Assembly (NCBI GenBank): GCA_002269645.1
Contig: NIVC01000031.1
Location: 1-64,000 of the forward strand
Source: Macrostomum lignano
Lineage: Eukaryota
Reading direction: 5' to 3'
DNA length: 64,000 nt
Below, piece by piece: positions 25,201 through 37,200 of this stretch (position 1 is the first letter of the stretch; each line of letters begins with the position of its first letter). A model generated the notes under the pieces. It did no database searches, was not told where the DNA came from, and was given only the letters and a program-made list of their open reading frames with translations. Made by a program: the position numbers and the translations under genes.

Positions 25201-28200
25201 ACACTGATAGATTTTAATGATTTAAGCTTCGTAAAATCTATAAACAAGAGCAGAAATAGAAAATTTGTACTAATTTGAGGTTGCCCGCTAACTAACAAAC
25301 TACAGCAAAGTAGCTCATATTGAAGAATTTTAATGATTATACTGTAAGCTACTGGTAGCAATCGCCAAGATTCTTACCTGAGGAAAAACTCCCAGGCTAC
25401 TTCTCGATTGTATTAGCCCAGCCTGCGCCACGTGGGAGGCCGCCAATGAATTCATATGGCAGAGCTGTTTGGGTTTGTATCTGCCAATCACATTACCAGT
25501 GGGTCATTTATCCGGTGCCTTTTGTCAATAGTTGCCAACATTTAGGCTCTCCTTAAATTATCGACAAGAAATTGGCAAGCAATAGGCAAACAGGTTTTTG
25601 TAGTACATTTTTTTGTTGGAAATATAGTCACTACTTCAAGCAGAGCCCAAGCGCCTATTTTTAAAATAATGTAAACAAAAATAAAGTATTTTTCATTGTA
25701 CACCTCGTACTTGCAGTAGGTTCTCGGATTAAAAAAAGTTGCGTTAACGAAAAACCCGGAAAAAACAAACAAATGCAAACTTCAGCTGCAAACAGAAATT
25801 ATGCAGCAATAAGTGCTAAGCAAAAGCAAGCATCTTGCAAATGAACAAAAAGCCGGATAGATAGAGAGTTAAATTATCGAATAAATGGTATATCTTATAA
25901 AGGTTGTTTTCCTATAATTTTTTTCTCAAAAAACAGACCGTCACGACACCACCGCTTGAGTCTTCTACTCGAGACTCTAATTCGTCCTGGAAATCACAAT
26001 GCAAATAGAAATTCGTGCATTGAGGTGTTAAGGTATGTGTTAACCTTTATCTTTGGTTATATCGTTCCAAATCACGAATAGCTGAACTGTTGTACTAATT
26101 AAAACATTTTTTATTTAACACAGTAGACTCAAGCAATAAAGAGTATAAAGAGTCGTCCAAGAATCGCTGTATTGGCGTTTTAATTTTCTAATAATTAGCC
26201 AGAGACCCAACTCAGTGACCTAAAGTGACTTTAGCACGCCTTAAATATGACTTTCGGCCCCGGAGTCATTTCAGAGTCGCAAACAAGAAAATTCTTTAAA
26301 GTGATTCTTTGGCGACTCTGTGGCGACTTACGATTTACTTCGTAGGTACGTCAGCTTTTCCAGCTGATGGATAAGTTTCAAATTTAAAGGTAATTAGGGG
26401 CAATTATGTATAAAACTACTATAATCGCAAAGTCAGGACCTGAATTGAGAGTAGGTTCAGCGAGTAAAACAAAAAGTTCATATTAGCTTTATAAATTCTC
26501 ACCATATCTTTGTGAGAAAGTTTAGATACACAAAACTTTCTGAAGTATTTCAAAACTGACAATTAATTAATAATGACATTTCAAATAAAAAATATTTCTC
26601 ACCTTGACGCCAGCATTGGTGTAAGCTGCCACCAAATCTCTTTTGAACTGTTCAACCTTGTTGTTGCCCTCGGATGTGAGACTAGCAGGCGTGGACTGGA
26701 TAACCTTGAAGCCAGCCAGGTGGGCAGCTAGTCGAGCCAACAATGCCGAAATACCCGGATTGCCTTCGGCAACTACAGCGATGTGGCCGAAGTTGTGCGG
26801 CGACAGCAGGGTCCGAGCGATGCGCGAAACCTCGGCTAGCGTGCGCTGGCGAGGAAAAGAGCGGGGATGGAAGCACTCTGCACAAGGTAGAAAGTTAGAA
26901 AATCTTAACCAACCCTATTCGTGGCTAGCTTATTGTTTTTAGAGGCAGGGGCTGCGTGCACTCTGGCGCACTTTAAGCGACATTGTCACTTAGGCACGCA
27001 AGAGCAGGCACACAAGCGTACGCAGTCATACGCACGGGCACATACTTACACAGGAGTGTACAGCGGCCCTAACTTTATTTCTATTCAGGCATGTACACTT
27101 CACTGTGTCTTGGGGGGTTGGCACAAGCCGAGATTCCAATTTAGTCCCAAATTTATGTGACTGATTGGAATCGAGCCTGGGCCGCTGGCACATCAGAACA
27201 CTAGGCTACGGGCCCTGTGGCTATCCAAATAATGTTCAATGTTTACAATATTCTATAATAAGAGGCTTAAAAAGGTCGATCTGAGTTTTTCTTGATGAAA
27301 ATGCAAATCAGCTTTCGCAGGTTTAGGATACCTTTTGATTCAGTCAAGGTTATTCAAGGTTATTCATCTGTATCTCGGTTTGAATTTATTCTTTCTGATT
27401 ATTAATATTATTTTTAATGTACTTTTTAATATAAACCTACCTGCCAAGTTCCAAAACCAAAATTTCAAAGCAAAGAAAACGAAAAGAAAGTGAAAATTAC
27501 ATTATACAGTGGAAGACGAATAGTTGGATTATTCTTATTAAACTCGGCGATCGCGTCAGTGATCAGCTCGCGCAGTCGATCGTTGCTAGACACGATGGCG
27601 TAGCCGTCGCCCCAGGTCCAATCTGGATCGTTTTGAGTCTTCGTGCTGATTGCGGACACAAGACCGCTGTCTTGCAAAGCTATGCTCGAGCATAGCGGCG
27701 GCTTTGGCTGCAGTAGAATCTCCATCTGTGATATTTGAAGAGAAATGACTTACTAAGAAGGCCGCGTTTGTTTCATAAAAATTTACATCTATTGAGAAAA
27801 AGGACTTCAAACTCACAAGTTCATCAGCCAGTTTCTGAAATAATAAAAAGGAAGATTAGAATGTTCTTAAACTTGTTTTTGGTAAATACTCAGAAAATAA
27901 CTATTTACACGGGAGTTGTGGGCACCCTGGTGCAACGCCTTCAGTGACAACCAAGCGCGCCAATACTGTAGACAGAGTCACACACACGCTCACACAGGGT
28001 GTACAGGGGCCTTGACTTTCTAATCGTCAGGCATGTACATTCTCTGTGCCTTGGGGTTGACCCTTATGGATTTGAATTGCACGACAACCCCAAGGTCAAA
28101 GTTTTGCACAAGCCTCAATTTAATTTGGCCTAGCAGGGGAGTCCAATCACGGATCATAACGCTGAGCTGCTCTGCACAACTGGTAAATGCGCAATTAAAA

Positions 28201-31200
28201 AAATCCGTATATAAACGCGTAAGATTGCTTACGTATTCCTCCGCAAACTGTTTCTTCACGGCGTTGGCAAAGGCTCGCCTGTACCGATCCTTGTCGACGT
28301 AGTCAACCATGCGTTCGGCGAACACCCAGTCGCATTCGTTGCGCCACAATTGCAGAAGTGGCTTTTTCTGCACGTCGCTGTTCAACGATTGGCAGAGGTT
28401 GCGGAAAACGGTGCTCAGAGTTCGCAGCGAGAACACGTAGTGACTGCGACGAGCCGTTGGTAGGAACATCGAACGGAGGTTCTCCTGTCGAAAGAAAATT
28501 ACGTAATGTTATTTTTGCAGCAATTAAAGGAACTTGCGCAATAAACTTTAGAATGTTTCATCAACATTTCTTTTCAAAAAGAACGAATTAATTACTTTCA
28601 GGTATGTTTGCTATCCTATTTCAGACTTTTAGTGCTCGAAATTTGTATCATAAACTGATGCAGAACATCAAATTTTCGATTCAGTAAATTCTTAAAACCC
28701 TCGAATTAAAAATCAACTATACCCGAATTTACCTGCAAATCCACTGTAACCCGAACCAGTTGATCCAGCAGCGATCGAACCGATCGATCTGGCCCGTAGC
28801 TGTGCATGACGCGAATCTCCTCGGGCGATAGCGCCGTCTCATTGTGCTGAAAGAAGTGCGCCATTATCATCGTGGAGAACAAGCGGCACTGCTCAGCTTG
28901 GCTGGGGTAATTGACCGCCAGCACGCTGAAATGATTCACAAATCGCTGCTTGACAGTGGCGCCCGCCTGGCGGCGTTGGCAAAGGCTCGCCTGTACCGAT
29001 TTGTCGACGTAGTCAACCATGCGTTCGGCGAACACCCAGTCGCATTCGTTGCGCCACAATTGCAGAAGTGGCTTTTTCTGCACGTCGCTGTTCAACGATT
29101 GGCAGAGGTTGCGGAAAACGGTGCTCAGAGTTCGCAGCGAGAACACGTAGTGACTGCGACGAGCCGTTGGTAGGAACATCGAACGGAGGTTCTCCTGTCG
29201 AAAGAAAATTACGTAATGTTATTTTTGCAGCAATTAAAGGAACTTGCGCAATAAACTTTAGAATGTTTCATCAACATTTCTTTTCAAAAAGAACGAATTA
29301 ATTACTTTCAGGTATGTTTGCTATCCTATTTCAGACTTTTAGTGCTCGAAATTTGTATCATAAACTGATGCAGAACATCAAATTTTCGATTCAGTAAATT
29401 CTTAAAACCCTCGAATTAAAAATCAACTATACCCGAATTTACCTGCAAATCCACTGTAACCCGAACCAGTTGATCCAGCAGCGATCGAACCGATCGATCT
29501 GGCCCGTAGCTGTGCATGACGCGAATCTCCTCGGGCGATAGCGCCGTCTCATTGTGCTGAAAGAAGTGCGCCATTATCATCGTGGAGAACAAGCGGCACT
29601 GCTCAGCTTGGCTGGGGTAATTGACCGCCAGCACGCTGAAATGATTCACAAATCGCTGCTTGACAGTGGCGCCGCCGGCTATGCCTGGGTTGAGTGCGGC
29701 GATGAAGTGCAGCGACTTCAATGTTCGCCAGGATTGTGTTGCTGCAAAATGGTGCCCGCCTTCGTCGATGAGCTGACGAAGCAGTTCACTGGAAGTCTGA
29801 CGTCCCGCATCGTCTGTGGCGGCTAGATTAAGATCGTCAACAAAGCACATGAGTCGCTTGCCGCCGAGAGGTACATACAGCTTGCCGTCCTTCCATTCGA
29901 GCTTCTCGTCGAGCCTCTCGGTAATGAGGCGAGCATTTGTGTAACGGTTCGCGTACACGCTGACGTTCAGAATTTCGGACACTTCACTGCTGCAGACGGT
30001 ACGGATGCGCTCGCCGACAATGGCCGACTTGCCGCAGCCGCGAGGCCCAACCAGCAGCACCGGGGTGCCCAAGTCAGACAGGAGGCTCAGACAGTAACTC
30101 ACCGCCTGACTAGACGGTGTCTGGACAAAAGCGTGCGTTGGAATGCCGGAATTGATGGTGCCCTGATACATAGGTATCAGCTCTTGCCAGGGCTGCCACT
30201 CTAGCCGATCCACATCCAAGTAGTATTCGAATATTGAGCCTTGCTGCGGTATTCTCTCGTTTTCAAACGTAGCTCGCCACCATTCGCTCATTTTTCGCTG
30301 ACTATCTTGAGTTAAATTGGCGCCGAAGCCCCACACAGCGGCAAACACGACCAGCTGCTCATAGTCTTCGTCGCGCAGTTGATGCAGCGAAGCTGAATTG
30401 ATGAGACTTTCCAACAGCCGTTGTGTTGTACGCAACGAACTCTCGTACGATTGGTTGATAAGTCGCTCAAGCCTTGGTAGTCCTCCCATCGGCCGTCCCA
30501 GCGTTGGCTGCTTCATGGCCTCGGTGACGAACCCGTGCAGTTTCGGCAAATACTTGTCAAACACAGTCATCAAGCTCAACGACTCATCGCCAGGACGATC
30601 CTCCAGCCAGCGCGTTAGAAACGGTGGCACCGGGGAGGAATCGGGACCGACGAACATGAGTTGCACTCTCGAGGCCAGGCCTGGACTGCAGTCCTCTAGA
30701 GTTTCCATCTCCCAGACGACGCGAATAGGCTCTGGAAAGATAAGCTTCTGACCACTAAGAAGTGTGATGAAGTTTGGTTTATCTAACAGGCTCTGGATAA
30801 CTTCCCACTGGGCTGCGCTGCAGGTACCGTCAAGTCGCAGCAAATTGCGCCGAGTAGAATCGTTGCTACTAGTTTCGTCAGTTGAGCATGACGTAAACTG
30901 ACTCAAAAGTGCCCCTAGCACACTAGGTTGCCATCGGCCTTTTTCAAATGCTCCAACGAGCTCTTCGGCTGAGAGAGCACCCGGATAGAGACACTGTACT
31001 TGCATCGGCACTTGCATTAGCTGCATTAGGCGCTCGTAAGCGCGGAATACTGTTGTCTTGCCAACGCCGCTTGGTCCAACGATGGCAACGGCGTTTGAGT
31101 GTTCCGCCATGTTGTAAAGCTTTGTCAAGCTGCACTCGAAAGGGACGCTGTTGATGAAACGGTCCCCGTTCAACACATGATCGAGAGCCGCCACCAGGCT

Positions 31201-34200
31201 TAGAGGTGTCGTTTCGACTGCAGCACTTTCGGGCGTTCTCTTCGCACCAGCGGTGGTAGACGCAGCCGTAGCTGGCGGCTTTGCATCTGCTCCATCTTCT
31301 GACTTGGGCGTCTCAAAGCGCTCTTCAGCACTGTTAGCCTCGCGAAAGTCTAAGCTCGGAGGGCAGCCGGGGAATAACTCAACGGCCAGCTGCTCAAAAA
31401 GCTGACCCTCAGACTGGCGTCGAAATGCAGGCGCTAGCAGGTCCCGCAGGCCGAGCAGTAGACTGTGGCTTTGAACTTCTGGCAAAACATCCTCTGGTAG
31501 TTTAGTCAGGGGCTCGGGGCGTGGCTCCGACTGAGCCATCAGGCTGCTCATCTCCGTTCGCATGCGCTGGTTTGTCACAAACTGATTGTGCATGTGAACG
31601 TTGATTTTGTTGAGGTGCAACTCCACCTGCCTCGGATAGTGCCGCTCCGCCGCATCCACGACTTGGCTGAGGAACTGTAGTGTGCGGAACTCCCGGTCGC
31701 GATCAGCTGAAATTTCAATTTATTAATGAATTTTTTCTTTGAGTACTAGATTTCGAATATAATTTTACTTCAATCAGTCTACATCAATTGTTACGCGCAT
31801 TGCACTGATTAAGCCCTGTCACTTACCGAAGGAGTCTTCCAGACGGTCGCAAATGCTTCTGTAACTAGCCAAAAAGTCCACAAGTCTATCAGCCAGTAGT
31901 TTAGGATGCTTAAAACCAATTAAGTCTAGTTTAGCTTCAGCCTGAGCGCGTTGGGTGAAGACACTCGGTTCCGTGATGCGCAGAGGCACAAGTCGAGTGA
32001 GCAGCGAAATAGGCAGAGCGGCTGCAAAATCTTCAAATTCGATGGGTCTCACAGCGAACGGTACAGTATCGCTATGTCGCTTCTGAGACCGGGTGTTACC
32101 TCCCAAAGTGCAGAAACATGCGCTGTTCTCTGTCATGACTGCTTCTTGCTCATCGTCTTGCTGTTGCTGCTTTGAAGGAGCGTCCTCTCCGTCATCTACT
32201 GAGTCTTTGGGCGCTTGAGACGCAGCCGCCGGAGCGACATTAACTTGTGTCAGCAAGCGAGCCAGCTTGTTCGCCGACTCCAGACAGAGAGAGTCCACCG
32301 AACGAAGGCACAACCAGATGCCGTCCGCTGTAGTTAAGCCTTCAAAAGCGTACTCAAGACTGAGGTCTGGCAGCTCCGGTGAGCAGGCGACGCAGTAGAG
32401 CGGACGTCCGGCAGCCACAGCGAGATTCCACAATGCCGCGAACAATTCCATGCTACCCCCAGAGCTTCCACTGTCACTATTGTCCGAATGGCAGAGCGTT
32501 GGGAATCGATGCTTAGTATTATAGATCAGATTGCCCGCCACATTAGTGCTCTGAGGACAGCGCTCAGCTGAACCGATGTACTCCCAGCCGTAGGAGAGAC
32601 TTTGTCCGCAACAGTGCAACTGCACTGAGCCGTCTTCGGAGGACCGGGTGTAGCGCAACTCGCCGGCCCACTGGTCTAGGAAGCGCTGCCGCACGTCTGC
32701 CTCACTGCCGCTGTTTTCAGTGTCTGGTGCCTGTGGAAAACGTAATTTATAACCTTATGAACTTTTCTGTACTGTCTAAGTAAACTCATGACTAAAATAC
32801 TATAGGCATGTTACCTCATCTGCGTTCTCATGTCCATCTTTCTCCTGCCCGGTCCACGCGTCAATAAGGGCAATCTGGTAGCCAAACAGGAGAATGAGCT
32901 GGCGCAGCTTAGCCTGCTGTGCCGGAACTAGCAATAGCCTGGCATTAGCTCGAATCTTCACCATCGGATCTTCTACGGGCTTGTCGCTGAAGTCAAATTG
33001 ATTCACTTCGTCGATGGTTTCTGCAGCAGGCTCCTGAGCTGCTGATTCGTTGTCTTCTGGCTTCTCTTCATCGCCTTGTCCTTCGATTGGTTCACCTGTC
33101 TCATCATCATCGCCAGATGCTGGCTTCTCCGCGTCGTCTTTGGCGGCTTCATTGCCTTCTTCTGTTGGTTCGTCAGCATCGGGCTCTGCGTGAGCAGCTG
33201 CGCCTGAAGCCGCTGGTGTCGCTGCACTTGCGGCTCTCTCTCGAATGGTGTCCGCCAGACTGCGGTCCTCCGCGGCCTCATCCTCCAGATCCATATATTC
33301 CTCATCGTCGTCCGAATCGGCATCGTTCTCTTCCTCGCCTTCATCGCGCGGCTGCCTCAATCGGACGGCTTTTTTTGACGCGGCTCTCGAGATGGCCGCC
33401 GCCTCAGCTGCTGCTGCTCGCTCCTTAGCTTTGATGGACTCGGCTTCAGCGATAATTCTGTCGAAAAGTATAAGCAAGCGTCGACAGAGGTCCTGGCTTC
33501 CTCGCAGGCCAGATCGAACCTTGCCGAGCTGTTCCTTCCAGCCATCGCTGGCGTAGGCAGCTTGATCGACTTGAGTTGAAAAGTCAATCTGAGCTCGCAG
33601 GTGGCACACTTCCGCTACGCTGTCCAGCAGCTGGCTTGCTGACAACTCAAGCTTTTCCGAAGCCTCATCTTGCTGCTGCTGCTGCTGCTTATTTCCCTTG
33701 GGGGCTTCCAGTCTTTCCAGCGCGTCGTTAAACACGGAACTGATCGGCTCACCAGCCATCATTGCTAGCGCCTCCCTGTCGTTCTTCGGCAACCGACGCT
33801 TTAGAATGGACTGAAGCTGCTGCTGCTTTTCTTGCTGCTGCTTCTGATAAGCTGACTGCGACTGTGACTGAGGCCTCGAATTAACTTCTTTTTTGCTTCC
33901 TTCAACGACTTCATTCTCTTCTTCTTCTTCTTCTGGTGTCGGCTCGTCATTGTGCTGTTGCTTCGTCTCGAAATTTTCATATTCGTCTGCGTCGGGTGAC
34001 TTCGCCGCCTCACCGAAAGTAGCGGCGAGTTGCGTTTTGAGGGCGGCTCGAATCGCCTCCAGTAGATCGCCAAGCCAACTGCAGTCGAGGCCGCGGCAGA
34101 CTACTGGGCTGGTCAGCGGCAGTTCTTCGCCAAGTCGGCTGCGAATCCCAGTCACCTCGCAGACGGCCGGATTGTCCTCCTGTCTGGTGAACACCAGCTC

Positions 34201-37200
34201 GCCGACGTTCTCGAACAGTTTGCCAATGTGACGGTTTAACAGCTCCGCGTCGTGGCAACTGCCGTACACCAGGAACAGATCCTCGGCTGACAGGAAGTTG
34301 AACCGAGGAAACTTGGCGCGTATCTGGCCGTCTAGATAGGATACCAGCTCTTCCCGGCACTTGCGAAGCAGGCTGTCCATGCGGTCGAGGATTGGCACGA
34401 TGTCTGTTGAAGGTGACAGGTTGAGGTAGTCAGCGAGGCATTCGTTTTCTGCTAGATAGAGGTTTGTCCCAGAAATGTCAGTGTGACAGAGGTATCGATC
34501 GGTACATGATGACGGGACAGAGGTACCGATACCCGGAGCATTGGACTAAAGGAAACATTGGTAAGGTGCCGATTTGACACAGGTATCGATATCGGGATGG
34601 GGGCGATGATGTTGGTAATATGCTGCAAAGGAACCGACAATGACAGAAGCAGCCAAGTGACCGGGGTAACAATGCTAATTTCATAAAGACAATCTACACA
34701 AGACGGTAAAGAAATTCTGCATCATAAGCTCATGTTCTACTTACACTTCCGATTGCAGCATTGCAATAAATTCTGATTCTTCTTAGTCGCCTGCATCAGC
34801 CGTTTAAAATCGGCGCTAGCAATTTGAAATTTGGCGTACTCAGGCAGAGCAGAGAATGCCTTCTCCGACTCGTAGATGTTCTGCATCTGTAACCACTTGT
34901 CTTGCACGCGCAGCCACAGGATGAGCACTGTCTCAATGTGCTGCAAAGTTCTCTGCCATTTACCAATGTCATCTACGTAGCTTCCAGCAGTTGAGCTGGC
35001 CAGCATTTCAGCCAGCGAGGCCTGGTGCTCAGCCAGCTCAGCGAACACTTTGTCGGTGTTGTCCAACAAGTAGATCTGAGTATCGGATTCCATCTCGACA
35101 CCAATGAGGCTGCTTGGAAGCGAGGCGATGCTCTGCATGCCGGCACTGCGACCGGACATCCGGCTGATCGAAGTTCGTCTGGCCGAACCGGCACCTGAGC
35201 CCTGCGGATTCGAGGAAGAGATTATAATATTTTTATGCGATTTAAATTTGATTAATATGCAATTAATACGTTTCTGAGTTAGTTTCTCGGTAAACGTAAA
35301 AAGGATACGTGAAATACAGGATGAGTTTTTTTCTCGGTAAAAGGGTTACAGGCGAACTCTAGAGTGTACACAAAGTAAAGATTGACAATATCACTACTGA
35401 TTTACTCGTATTACATTTAGTTAGTAGAGAGCGGGACTATCATTTGCTTCAGATTTTCTTCAGATCTGATTAGTAACAAATGGATTGTACAACGCTGAAA
35501 AGTGTGGCAATTCACTAAGGACAAGTTGTGGAACATTTTGCTATTAAAATATGCTTTACAAATTTTTATCTCCTTCTATTAATCAATCAGTTTACGAGCA
35601 AAATTAATATTTTTCCTTGTCTGATTACTTGTCTAAGCTTTCGTCTCGAAACGTGTGGCTCAATTGAGGCTACTGTCATCTGAAATAGAAATAGAGCATA
35701 GCAGAAGTGCATGAATGGTAGGTATGTAAGTGTCTTAGGCGTTTGAAATTTCAGCTTTTATAGAGAGATTTAAACAAAAAGCAATGGAGGTTGTGACCGA
35801 TAAAATATTAACTATCCAAAGAAAAAAGACAACTTACAGAAAGCTACATGCAGCTCAGAGAAAAGACGTGTTGTGGAAAGAGTCTTTGTACATAAACTAA
35901 GGTTTTGTTCCCTTTTCTGACTTTTTCAACAACAAGTTACTATAGTTACTCAAGTCATAAAGCAAAACTGAAGCGAGATGGCAGTTTCTCGTTTTGAATC
36001 TAGCACTAATGCCCCAGTGGTCCAGGCTTACATTCGGCCCTCGTCCGTCGGCGTCTTCTGAGCTTTCGCCGACCGGCGTCATGTAGTGCAGCTTCAAGTC
36101 GAACACCTTGCTCATCCACAGGTTGTCAAAGTTTTTGATCGCCTCCTCGATCTCCTTGTCACTTTTCGCTCGTTTCACAATCGATGTCACGTGATCCGCA
36201 TTGTCTGAAATTTGGGGATAACTTTTTAGTGAAGCATAAATATTCGCAGTAGGGTTCTTGCCACCCTGGTGCAGCCAGCTGTGATGCAATTCTGTCCATT
36301 TCACTGACTACTGAGCACATACAAGCGCGCAGATAGAGAACTGTTACTGGCAATTTACTCACTTTGCAGTCCCAATTTGAGCAGTTCTCCAAGCGTCATG
36401 ACCTCGAGTGACTCGGAGTTGATCTGGATCACACCGCCAGTCAGCCGAACCAGCTGCTTCCAGTGCCGCGGCTTCATAGCCGGATCTTTCAGCTGGTCGA
36501 TGAGTTCCAGCACACGTTTGATTGCCGCGATCTCGCCGCAGATTCCCTCGAATACGTCCCAGTCGTGGCACTGGTTCGGCAGCCGTTCTAACCTTGCCAG
36601 TTGGGTGCAGCAGGCCTCGATCAGCTGCGATGGACTCAGCCGCTTCCATCGGAGCTTTTTCCAGTCAGCCTGCTCGGAGAGCAGCAATCGGACCGTTTCC
36701 CAGGTCATCTTCAAATTGTCCAGCGTTTCCCGACACTCGGTAATCATTTCGAACTCGATGACGTCACTACCGAGAAGAGTTTGCACCTCTCGAAGATCCT
36801 GAGCCTCTTCTTCAACGTCGCGCAGAGTGCGCGAGAAGTCAGCGAGCAACTCCTGAACTTTTGACAGCAGGCAGGAATAGTTGAAGACGTTCGACTCGAA
36901 CAGATCGTCCGACAGCGACTGCACGTTGGACTGGAAGTTGACCAAATCAGTCTCGATAGTTTTTCGCTCGTTGTGAATTCTGGGGCCGAGCTTCTGCTTG
37001 GCGGAGATGACTTTGTTCTTCAACTGTTGCCAGCGATGAACGCTCACGAGACCGTCTGGATCGCGAATCTCCTCCGGCAGCTCGCATTCGTACGTGTCTA
37101 ATAGTCGAATAGTTCGTCGCATAACGTCAAATCTGGCGTCCATTTCCACCTGCTTGGATGAAATTTCATTGAACAGCCGCATCAGCCGCATGAAGCTGTA

